Positions 56,668-64,000 of a stretch of 64,000 nt of DNA are shown here, in pieces. Position numbers and translations under genes: made by a program. Source of the stretch: Elusimicrobiota bacterium (GTDB lineage Bacteria > Elusimicrobiota > Elusimicrobia > UBA1565 > UBA9628); contig JAGWUP010000009.1 of NCBI GenBank assembly GCA_028868375.1, forward strand, positions 32,538 to 96,537, given 5' to 3'. The notes under the pieces are model-generated. The model made no database searches, had not been told where the DNA came from, and was given only the letters and a program-made list of their open reading frames with translations. The first letter of the stretch is position 1; every line of letters starts with the position of its first letter.

Positions 56668-57046
56668 GGCCCAGATTCGCCACGAGCGACCGGAGGATGT
56701 CCATCGCCGAGACGATGCCGACCAGCCGCCCCCCGCGCGTGACCAGCAGGCGGTGGATGCGGCGCTCGAGCATCACGCGCGCCACCTCCTCCGTGGGCGT
56801 GTCCTCCTCGCAGCAAACCGGCTTGTTGGTCATCACCGAGGCCACCGAGGCGCCGGCGGCCGGGCCGCCCTGCCCCTGGAAACGCGTCAGGTCGGTCTGG
56901 GAGACCACGCCCAACAGCCTCCCTTCCGCGTCGACGACCGGAGCGCCGCTGATGCGGCTCTCGCTCAGCAGCCGCGCCGCCTCCGAGATATCGGCATCGG
57001 GCGGCAGCGTGATCAGCTCGCGGCTCATGATGTCCTTGGCGTTCAT
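56654..57046 (-). CDS. CBS domain pair protein
   Basis: MNAKDIMSRELITL start and two CBS repeats (ARLLSESRISGAPVVD, ARVMLERRIHRLLVT). Confidence 0.7.
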   Translation of the reverse strand: MNAKDIMSRELITLPPDADISEAARLLSESRISGAPVVDAEGRLLGVVSQTDLTRFQGQGGPAAGASVASVMTNKPVCCEEDTPTEEVARVMLERRIHRLLVTRGGRLVGIVSAMDILRSLVANLGHEGA

Positions 57047-57110
57047 GAAGGATTCGCCCTTATCTTGCAACAGGTCTGCCATCGGCCGGGTTGTTGCTGC
57101 GGTTTTCATC

Positions 57111-57917
57111 ATGATGATCCACGTTCCCCCTCGACGGCTGCTGGTCGCCTATGATTTTTCGCGGCGCGCCGCCTTGGCCTGGCGCGCCGCCCTGGCCTTG
57201 GGGCGGCTGTGGGGCTGCGGGGTGGAGGCCCTGCACGTCGTCGATCCGATGGAATCTCCCGGACGCGCCCCGCTGACTCTCGCGCCATCGAGGCGCGGCC
57301 TGCTGCGCCGCCGCCTGGAACAAGCCATCCCGGGCGCTTCCTCCTATTTCATCGCCCTGGGCGACCCTGCCTTCTGCATCCTCGAGCACGCCCGCTGGCG
57401 CCGCCCGGACTTGATCGTGCTGCCCTACGAGGGCAGGCGCGGCGTCGCTCGGCTGCTGAAAGCCTCGGTCGCCGAGATCGTCGCCGGGCAGGCCTGCGCC
57501 CCGGTCCTTGTCTTGAAAGGCTGCCCCCGACGAGTGCGCTCGGTCCTCTTTCCGATCCTCGCCGCGGACGCCGAGCATTCCGCGCTGCGCCAGGCGGCGG
57601 GGATCGCGGCGGCCCTATCGGCCCACATGACGGTGATGCGCGTGCGGCGCGCGCCTTGGCCGCGGCCAAGGGCGCTCTCGAAGCTGGAAAGCGTCCTGGA
57701 GACGCTGGACCCGGCCGTCCGAGCCGTCGTCAAGCCGGACATGCGACTGGCCGCCGGCAGCCCGGCGCGGCGCCTTGCCGAGGAGTCCGGGCGCCATGAC
57801 CTGCTCGTGCTGCCCCTGGCGCCTGGCCGCGCCGGCTCTCAAGCGCTGCGGCTCTCCGAAGCGCGCCGTCTCATGCGCCTCTCTCGGGCCGCGGTGCTTA
57901 CCTTGCCTTCTGAGTGA
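57111..57917 (+). CDS. universal stress protein (tandem UspA-like)
   Basis: Internal ATG start MMIHVPPRRLLVAYDFS and two USP-like halves (VLPYEGRRGVARLLKASVAEIV). Confidence 0.55.
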   Translation: MMIHVPPRRLLVAYDFSRRAALAWRAALALGRLWGCGVEALHVVDPMESPGRAPLTLAPSRRGLLRRRLEQAIPGASSYFIALGDPAFCILEHARWRRPDLIVLPYEGRRGVARLLKASVAEIVAGQACAPVLVLKGCPRRVRSVLFPILAADAEHSALRQAAGIAAALSAHMTVMRVRRAPWPRPRALSKLESVLETLDPAVRAVVKPDMRLAAGSPARRLAEESGRHDLLVLPLAPGRAGSQALRLSEARRLMRLSRAAVLTLPSE

Positions 57918-59244
57918 CCGCCACGCCGTAGGATTTAAGCTTGCGCCAGAGGGTGTTGCGCCCGACTCCGAGCCGCCGGGCCGCCTCGGTGGCGTTGCCG
58001 CCGCAGGCCTCAAAGACGGCGAGAATATGCTTGCGCTCCAGCTCCTCCAAGGTCTCGGCCGCGACGCCGCTCGGCCCCTGCAGCTCCGCCGGCAAATCCG
58101 GCAAGGACACCGCGGGACCGGAGGCCATGATCAGGGCCCGCTCGATGGCGTGCTCCAGCTCCCGGACGTTCCCCGGCCAAGAGTAGGCCGCAAGCGCCGA
58201 GGCCGCCTCCGGGGCCAGCCGCACGGCCGAGCCCCCCGTCTTCTTCTTGGCCTTGCGCAAGAAATGCTCGGCCAGCGGCAGGATGTCCTCCCGGCGCTGG
58301 CGCAGCGGCGGAATCTCGATGGGAAAGACCTTCAGCCGGTAGTAGAGATCTTCCCGGAATTTCCCCTCTTTGACGCGCTGGGCCAGGTCCTTGTTGGTGG
58401 CCGCGACCAGGCGGCCGGACACCTTGATGGGGTGGTTGTCGCCGACGCGCCGCACCTCCCCCTCCTGCAGCGCGCGCAGGAGCTTGACCTGCAGGGCCAA
58501 GCTCGTCTCGCTGATCTCGTCGAGAAACAGGGTCCCGCCGCTGGCCTCCTCGAAGAGCCCGCGCTTGTTGCGGTCCGCGCCCGTAAACGAGCCCTTGACG
58601 TGCCCGAAGAGCTCGCTCTCGAGCAGCCCCTCCGGCAGCGCGCCGCAGTTGATCGCCACGAAGGAGCCGCTGCGCCGGGGGCTGTTCTCGTGAATGGCGC
58701 GGGCGACGAGCTCCTTTCCGGTGCCGGACTCCCCGCAGACCAGCACCGTCGCCTCGGTGACGGCGACTTTCTTGACTAACTCCAGCACCCGGTGCATCTG
58801 GGGCGAGCCGTAGACGATGCCCTCGAAGCTGTACTTGCCCTTCACCTCCTCGCGCAGCCGGCGCACCTCTCCCAGCAGGCTTCTGCGCTCCAAAGCCTTG
58901 TGCAGCACCAGCGCCAACTGCTCGGTCTCGATCGGCTTGGTCAGGAAATCGAAGGCCCCCGCCTTCATCGCGGCCACGGCCGAGGAAATCGAGCCGTGCC
59001 CGGTGACCACGACGACCTCGGCGTCCGGCTGCTCGCGCTTGGAGGCGCGCAGCACCTCGAGGCCATCGCTGTCTGCCAAGCGCAGATCGGTCAGCACCAG
59101 CTCGTAGTTGTCTCGCGCCAGATGCGCGAGCGCCTCGGATGCCGATTTCGCTGCGGTCACCGCGTAGCCTCGCCCCTTGAGCTCGAAGGAGAGCAGGGTC
59201 TGCTGCGAGGGATCATCCTCCACCAGCAATATCTTGAGCGCCAT
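57898..59244 (-). CDS. sigma-54-dependent response regulator (NtrC family)
   Basis: [17 protein letters not shown]+ [14 protein letters not shown]-like [15 protein letters not shown] and a C-terminal Fis-type HTH. TGATG overlap with the kinase gene. Confidence 0.9.
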   Translation of the reverse strand: MALKILLVEDDPSQQTLLSFELKGRGYAVTAAKSASEALAHLARDNYELVLTDLRLADSDGLEVLRASKREQPDAEVVVVTGHGSISSAVAAMKAGAFDFLTKPIETEQLALVLHKALERRSLLGEVRRLREEVKGKYSFEGIVYGSPQMHRVLELVKKVAVTEATVLVCGESGTGKELVARAIHENSPRRSGSFVAINCGALPEGLLESELFGHVKGSFTGADRNKRGLFEEASGGTLFLDEISETSLALQVKLLRALQEGEVRRVGDNHPIKVSGRLVAATNKDLAQRVKEGKFREDLYYRLKVFPIEIPPLRQRREDILPLAEHFLRKAKKKTGGSAVRLAPEAASALAAYSWPGNVRELEHAIERALIMASGPAVSLPDLPAELQGPSGVAAETLEELERKHILAVFEACGGNATEAARRLGVGRNTLWRKLKSYGVAVTQKAR

Positions 59245-60695
59245 CAGTCCCCCGAGAAGCCGAGCTGGACCTGGAAACGGGTGCGCCCCGGCCGAGTCTC
59301 CACGAAGATCGCCCCGCCGTGAGCCTTGACGATGCGCTCCGCGATCGCCAGCCCCAGGCCGGTGCCCTGCTGCTTGGTCGTCTGGAAGGGCTTGAACATC
59401 GAGGCGCGCATCGCCTCCGGAATGCCGGGGCCGGTGTCCTCGACCTCGAAGAAGGCGCGCCCGCCGCTGCGCCCCGTGCGCACGCTGAGCTTCCCCCCGC
59501 CGGCCAAGGCCTGCAGGGCGTTGATCATCAGATTCCAGACCACCTGCCGGAGCTGGTCGGCGTCCATCGGGAAGGGCTTGAGCTCCTTCGACAGGGAGAG
59601 GACGATCTGCGTGGAGGCCTTGAGCTCGGCGTTGGACTCGATCATGCGCGCCGTCTCCTCGATCAAGCCGTTGAGATCGGAGCGCGCCAGCTTCAGCTCC
59701 CGCGGCCGGGCGAAGGAGAGGAAGTTGGTGAGCGCCTCGTTGAGCCGTTGGCTTTCGTGGCGCAGCACGCGCATGACGACGTCCCTGTCCTCCGCGTTGA
59801 GCTCGGAGCCGGAGGCCAGCTCCTTGGCCGCCATCACGATGGAGCTTAAGGGATTGCGTATCTCGTGGGCGACGACGGCGGCCATCTCGCCCAGGGAGGC
59901 CAGGGCCTCCGAGTCGGCCACGCGCGCCTGCAGCGCCAAGTGCTCGGTCATGTCGACCGCGTTCGAGATGTAGCCCACGATCTCTCCGGCCCCGTCGCGC
60001 ACGGCGGTGATGGTCAAGACCAGCGGTATCTCGCGCCCGTCCTTGGCCTTGTTGATCATCTCGCCGCGCCAGTGGCCCTTGGTGAGGATCGCTTCCCACA
60101 TCCTCTTATAGAGCTCGTCGCTGGAGTGGCGCGAGCGCAGGATGCGGGGAGTGCGGCCGACCGCCTCCTCCCGCGACCAGCCGTAATGGCGGCTGAAGGC
60201 CTCGTTGACGTCGAGGATCGTCCCGTTGCGGTCGCAGTAGAACATCACCTCGTTGGAGCGGCGGAAGGCCTCGTAAAGGGTCAGGGCCAGCCGGCGGTCG
60301 CGCGCCTGCTCGCCGATGTCGCGCGCGGTCACGAGGACGGCCCGCTCCGCTCCCAGCCGCACCAGCCTGCCCTTCTGCTCGACGGCCACCGGCCGTCCGA
60401 TCTTGTCGCGCAGGGTCGCCGGAAAATCCCCGGAGCCCGCCGCCAGCACGCGGCGGATCCAGGCCTTGTCCAAGGCCGCGTCCTTGGGGTCATAATAGAA
60501 TTCCGAGATCGAGCGGCCGAGAAGCTCCCCCTTGTCGTAGCCGGTCCCGCGCAGAGCCGCCGCGTTGACGTCGAGCACCGTCCCCTCGGGATCGCGCAGC
60601 CAGACCCAATCCGGCAACAGCTCGAAGATGTCGAGCTCGTGGACCACGTTCTGGCGACGGACCATGCGTCTATTAAATATAATTTTGCGTTCCAT
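59244..60695 (-). CDS. tandem-PAS sensor histidine kinase (soluble)
   Basis: Two PAS domains, H-box VAHEIRNPL and HATPase_c (DTGPGI, GTGLGL). Confidence 0.85.
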   Translation of the reverse strand: MERKIIFNRRMVRRQNVVHELDIFELLPDWVWLRDPEGTVLDVNAAALRGTGYDKGELLGRSISEFYYDPKDAALDKAWIRRVLAAGSGDFPATLRDKIGRPVAVEQKGRLVRLGAERAVLVTARDIGEQARDRRLALTLYEAFRRSNEVMFYCDRNGTILDVNEAFSRHYGWSREEAVGRTPRILRSRHSSDELYKRMWEAILTKGHWRGEMINKAKDGREIPLVLTITAVRDGAGEIVGYISNAVDMTEHLALQARVADSEALASLGEMAAVVAHEIRNPLSSIVMAAKELASGSELNAEDRDVVMRVLRHESQRLNEALTNFLSFARPRELKLARSDLNGLIEETARMIESNAELKASTQIVLSLSKELKPFPMDADQLRQVVWNLMINALQALAGGGKLSVRTGRSGGRAFFEVEDTGPGIPEAMRASMFKPFQTTKQQGTGLGLAIAERIVKAHGGAIFVETRPGRTRFQVQLGFSGD

Positions 60696-60726
60696 TTCGG
60701 ATCAAACGGCATAGCGAAAACGATTT

Positions 60727-60742
60727 TGGCCGTTTTATTGCA
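60727..60742 (+). promoter_or_regulatory. sigma-54 (-24/-12) promoter TGGCCgttttaTTGCA upstream of the rpoN-like gene
   Basis: Perfect spacing, about 30 nt upstream of the ATG at 60773, in the AT-rich divergent intergenic region. Confidence 0.55.
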
Positions 60743-60772
60743 ATACCATCATGGAACATTCCGGCCAATGAC

Positions 60773-61861
60773 ATGAACAAACAACGTTTGGACGCGCGCT
60801 TGCGCCAGGAGCAACGATTGGCTCTCTTCGGCCGGATGCGGATGGCCGAATGGATCGAGATGCCGGAGCGGGACTTCGCCCGGGAGATCGAGCGGCTGGA
60901 GAAGGACGAGCTCTTCCGAAGGCTCTATTTCGGCTCCGGGCAGCGCGCGGGAGCCATCCGGCGGCAGCGCTGGCCGCGGGCGCGCTTCGCCGGCATCGGC
61001 GAGCTCAACGAGCGGGTGACGGCCGGGGGCGGGGAGCGGGTCAAGGTGGAGGAGCGCCTCGAGGACCAAGGCGAGATCGCCGAGACCATCCGCAGGCTGG
61101 GGCGCGAGAACTTCGAGCGCTACTTCCTCTACGCCGAGGAAGCCCTGCCGCTCTCGGAGATCGCCAAGCGCACCGGGCTGGACGAGGCCGCGATCAAGGC
61201 GATCAACGATTTCTTGGTCGAGATCGGCGCCGAGTCGGAGTTCTCCTCGCTGCCGCGCGCCTCCGGAGGGGTGGGCTGCTATTGCGTGGCGCGCCTGACC
61301 GTCGTCGACGAGGAGCCGGTCTTCGAGTTCTTCTCCCCCCACTGGGCGCGCGGCCTCTACCAGATCCGCTACGACATCATCGAGCAGATGAAGGACACCA
61401 GCGAGCTGGTCGGCGGCGACGTCAAGCGCCTGCCCAATCTCCTCAAGCGCATCGAGACGATCAACCTGCGCCAGAGCACGATGTTCCGCGTGCTGGAGAC
61501 CCTCTCCAAGGTGCAGGTCGGCTATCTGAAAACCAGGCGAGACGATCTCAAGCGCCCGATCAGCCTGCGCATGCTGGCCAAGAGGCTGGACCTGGCCCCC
61601 AGCACCGTCAGCCGCGCCCTTTCGGAGCGCTCCGTGCGCCTGCCCTGGGACAAGGAGGCTCCCTTAATCGAGCTCTTGCCCGGCCGCCGCCGGCAACTGC
61701 GGCTGATCCTCAACCGCTGGCTGTCCGAGGACGCCAGCCCCACCGACGCGGCGCTGACCTCCCGCCTGAAGCAGGAATACGGCATCGCCGTGTCCCGGCG
61801 CACCGTCAACGCCGTCCGCCATGAATTGCGCCCCGGCGGGACGAGGCGCGCTTCCCCCTGA
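60773..61861 (+). CDS. RNA polymerase sigma-54 factor-like protein, compact (362 aa)
   Basis: C-terminal DNA-binding domain with HTH (ISLRMLAKRLDLAPSTVSRA) and RpoN box (GIAVSRRTVNAVRHEL). A region upstream of it resembles INQRQQT (INLRQSTMFRV). The N-terminus has an L/Q/R-rich region-I-like segment. Shorter than typical RpoN. Confidence 0.65.
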   Translation: MNKQRLDARLRQEQRLALFGRMRMAEWIEMPERDFAREIERLEKDELFRRLYFGSGQRAGAIRRQRWPRARFAGIGELNERVTAGGGERVKVEERLEDQGEIAETIRRLGRENFERYFLYAEEALPLSEIAKRTGLDEAAIKAINDFLVEIGAESEFSSLPRASGGVGCYCVARLTVVDEEPVFEFFSPHWARGLYQIRYDIIEQMKDTSELVGGDVKRLPNLLKRIETINLRQSTMFRVLETLSKVQVGYLKTRRDDLKRPISLRMLAKRLDLAPSTVSRALSERSVRLPWDKEAPLIELLPGRRRQLRLILNRWLSEDASPTDAALTSRLKQEYGIAVSRRTVNAVRHELRPGGTRRASP

Positions 61862-61898
61862 GCGATCGCTTGGCCGTGGCGTTGCAGAGTAGACGGAC

Positions 61899-62096
61899 GT
61901 GGACTTGAACATCACCTCAGACATGACGATCCGCGACGTCATCGAGCGCTTCCCGGCCACGCGGAAGGTCTTCTTCAGGCACCGCTTGGAGGCCTGCTGC
62001 GGGGGCGCTCATTCGATCGCGGTGGCCGCCGTGGCCCGCGGCATCGACCCGGACCATCTGATCTCGGAGATTCGCCGGGCCGTCGAGGCGGCCTGA
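61899..62096 (+). CDS. DUF1858 domain protein (hybrid-cluster-protein-associated redox disulfide-like)
   Basis: 65 aa with TIRDVIERFPATRKVFFRHRLEACCGGAHSIAVAAVARGIDPDHL, typical of DUF1858/ScdA N-domain. Confidence 0.6.
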   Translation: MDLNITSDMTIRDVIERFPATRKVFFRHRLEACCGGAHSIAVAAVARGIDPDHLISEIRRAVEAA

Positions 62097-62191
62097 CGGG
62101 GAACCTGGCCACAAAAGACTTGCGCGAAACGACGGCGTATGCTATATAGATAGAAGAGTTTCGAACCTGAGACTAGAAATGTCAGGACCGA

Positions 62192-62223
62192 CCCGCCAAG
62201 AAAACGGCGGGTTTCGTGTTTTC
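62192..62223 (+). terminator. Rho-independent terminator (CCCGCC-loop-GGCGGG followed by TTTCGTGTTTT)
   Basis: GC stem plus T-tract about 100 nt downstream of the DUF1858 stop. A second GC hairpin (GGCCCGC-gta-GCGGGCC) follows. Confidence 0.5.
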
Positions 62224-62342
62224 TAGGCCCGCGTAGCGGGCCTGCCGGCGCCGTAAGGCCCGGTCCGCCTAGGTCCATCGTTCCTCCTCGCAGGGGCCGC
62301 TCGGCCCTTCCGCTCAAACGGCCTCCACGCTAAAATAATGTC

Positions 62343-63596
62343 ATGAGACTATTAGCCGTCTCGCTGGTCCTCGCTTGCCTGCCATGGACGGCTCCCGCCC
62401 GAGCGGGGATGAACGAGGCCGCTCCCGCCCCAGAGCTTTTGCTGCTCCCGTTTCCAGCCGCCGCGCCCCAGACCGTAATCCAGTTGCAAGCCTTCCTGAA
62501 AACTCAAGAGGGCCAGGGTTTGGCCTTCTTGGTTCCAGACTTGGCCGGCCTGGCCCAAGCCGATCCGAACGCCCTGATGACGCGGCAATTGGTCGGCGCC
62601 CTGTCGCAAACGCAAGCCTGGCGGCCGGGCTTCATCCGTCCGCTGTTCACTGTCCAGTTAAGCCAAGCCATGGCTAAGAGGGACCGTCGACTTCGGGAAG
62701 CAGCGGCCCGCAATCTCGAGCGCGCCTGCCGGCAAGCCAAGCCGTCCGTAACAGCCGCCCTGGAGGCATTGCGCCGACGCGTCAAGGATGAGGCCAAGAG
62801 CGACGGCTCATTGACGCCGGAGCAAGCCCGGGAAATTGCCGACCAGCTGGAGCAGGCCGGCCTCTTCGGCCAGCTGACCGGGAATCTGGCGCGAGACATC
62901 CGCGTTATGGCCATGGTCCAGCCGGCGCTGCAGACGCTGACAGGGGGCTGCGCCGAAAGCGAGGCCGCCGCGCCAAGCGAGCCGGTGCCGGCTCCGGCCG
63001 GAAAGACGGAAACAACTCGAAGCCGCCTTAGCGTGGTGGACGGTTTGAGAGCGGACCTGGATAATGCCCCCCCGCGCGAAGTCGCCCCGCTGGCGAGAGC
63101 TCTCTCCACGCTGATGGAGGTCCGCGGCAAGGTCGGGGAAGACGCCGTCAAGGCCCTGTTTTATCGCGTTTCCCTGGCCGCGAAGGCCGGCGATCAAGTG
63201 CGCGCCGTCACCTTGCTCGAGGCGGCCGTCCCCGAGGCGCCAAAGCTTGCCGAAATGGCGCGGAAAAATCCCGCTCTGCCGGGCCTGCTGCGCCATAGGC
63301 TGGCCGAGCGCCGGCATAATCTCCGCGGGGAGCAGACGGACTACGCGGCGGCGCTGGAAGCCGCCCGGCAAAGGCTGCAGGCGGCCCAAGAGCAGTTGGA
63401 TAATGACAAGGCTTCCGCCGCCGTCCTCGACTGGATCAAGCAAGAGGATGGGTCCCGGACGGAAACGACGCCTCCCCCCTCCGAGAAGGCCCCGGCCTGG
63501 CAAAGCATCCTCATCATGCTGTCCATATCGGCCCTCCTTTGGTGGGGAGCTGCGGAGCTACTGTCCTTGCTTGAGCGGCTGTTCCACCACCTCTAA
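62343..63596 (+). CDS. hypothetical exported helical protein with C-terminal TM anchor
   Basis: Signal peptide MRLLAVSLVLACLPWTAPARA, Ala/Leu/Arg/Glu-rich helical body and a C-terminal hydrophobic segment (ILIMLSISALLWWGAAELL). Confidence 0.4.
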   Translation: MRLLAVSLVLACLPWTAPARAGMNEAAPAPELLLLPFPAAAPQTVIQLQAFLKTQEGQGLAFLVPDLAGLAQADPNALMTRQLVGALSQTQAWRPGFIRPLFTVQLSQAMAKRDRRLREAAARNLERACRQAKPSVTAALEALRRRVKDEAKSDGSLTPEQAREIADQLEQAGLFGQLTGNLARDIRVMAMVQPALQTLTGGCAESEAAAPSEPVPAPAGKTETTRSRLSVVDGLRADLDNAPPREVAPLARALSTLMEVRGKVGEDAVKALFYRVSLAAKAGDQVRAVTLLEAAVPEAPKLAEMARKNPALPGLLRHRLAERRHNLRGEQTDYAAALEAARQRLQAAQEQLDNDKASAAVLDWIKQEDGSRTETTPPPSEKAPAWQSILIMLSISALLWWGAAELLSLLERLFHHL

Positions 63597-63603
63597 GAGC
63601 GGC

Positions 63604-64000
63604 TTAGTCCAGGAGGTCGGAGGGCTGGGCGAACAGGTTCTTGGCGGCGCCGGCCTGCTTGAGCAGGGGGTTGTCGGGGCGGCCGCGCTTGAGCAGCACG
63701 TGCTCGTGAACGTCCCGCTCTCCCTTCATCCCCTTATTGACGTTGATGGAGAGATCGGCGGTGATGTCGAGGGGATCGACCAACTGGATGAGCACGCGGA
63801 GCATGTCGTTGAAAGCCACGCCGGCGCCGTCACGGCCGGAGAGCAGGTCGACGAAGGCGCGGGCTTGCTTCTGCGGCGTGGGGCAGCGCCGGGCGGCGGC
63901 GATCGCGCGGACGATCGACTCGGCCTGGTAGGCGAGCAGATCGGCGCGGCCCGCGGCGTCGTCTCCGAAGCGATGCTCGCCTTCTAGAGCGGAGCGATCG
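63604..64000 (-). CDS. partial CDS (C-terminal ~130 aa; continues beyond window end), unidentified
   Basis: An open minus-strand frame with no stop up to the window edge, ending ...NLFAQPSDLLD. The family could not be identified. Confidence 0.4.
   Translation of the reverse strand, partial: DRSALEGEHRFGDDAAGRADLLAYQAESIVRAIAAARRCPTPQKQARAFVDLLSGRDGAGVAFNDMLRVLIQLVDPLDITADLSINVNKGMKGERDVHEHVLLKRGRPDNPLLKQAGAAKNLFAQPSDLLD

Noticed and set aside
62150-62175. tRNA T-loop-like GTTTCGAACC segment
   Set aside because: No acceptor stem, D-arm or anticodon arm could be built around it. It is most likely a chance match in the intergenic leader.
1-64000. CRISPR arrays, IS elements, integrases or phage genes
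   Set aside because: No regularly spaced direct repeats, transposase/integrase-like ORFs or att-like duplications were seen. The only conspicuous repeat is the single inverted repeat at 12837-13109.

Overview
High-GC (~68-70%) bacterial chromosomal segment, densely coding on both strands, dominated by envelope and respiratory functions. From one end to the other: a DevBCA-type ABC exporter with TolC, on the minus strand, whose ATPase carries an in-frame amber codon; an MFS transporter; a monoheme cytochrome c; an ECF sigma, zinc anti-sigma and Spy/CpxP-like stress module; a large minus-strand respiratory island (about 13.1-27.3 kb). That island encodes a sigma-54-dependent two-component system, a Cyc2-like fused cytochrome-porin, a small cytochrome c, and a complete alternative complex III (actABCDEF) in which the ActE position holds a seven-domain heptaheme cytochrome c. 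After the island come a Znu/Tro-like metal ABC importer with YceI; cytochrome bd oxidase cydAB; a TolC plus RND pump pair; an epimerase, GT2 and GT-C membrane glycosyltransferase trio; a porin, YceI, Rieske/cytochrome b/diheme cytochrome c complex and hemA operon; an MtrA/MtrB-like decaheme cytochrome plus outer-membrane beta-barrel pair downstream of a Crp/Fnr regulator; two radical SAM genes; a second NtrC-type two-component system; and a compact rpoN-like gene. Five near-consensus sigma-54 (-24/-12) promoters sit directly upstream of the cyc2-like, actA, yceI-porin, hemA-bc complex and rpoN-like transcription units. No rRNA, tRNA, CRISPR array or obvious mobile element was recognised. The many long antisense ORFs in the six-frame track are high-GC artefacts. 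Coordinates for start codons were derived from residue counting in the supplied ORF track and are approximate to within one alternative start.
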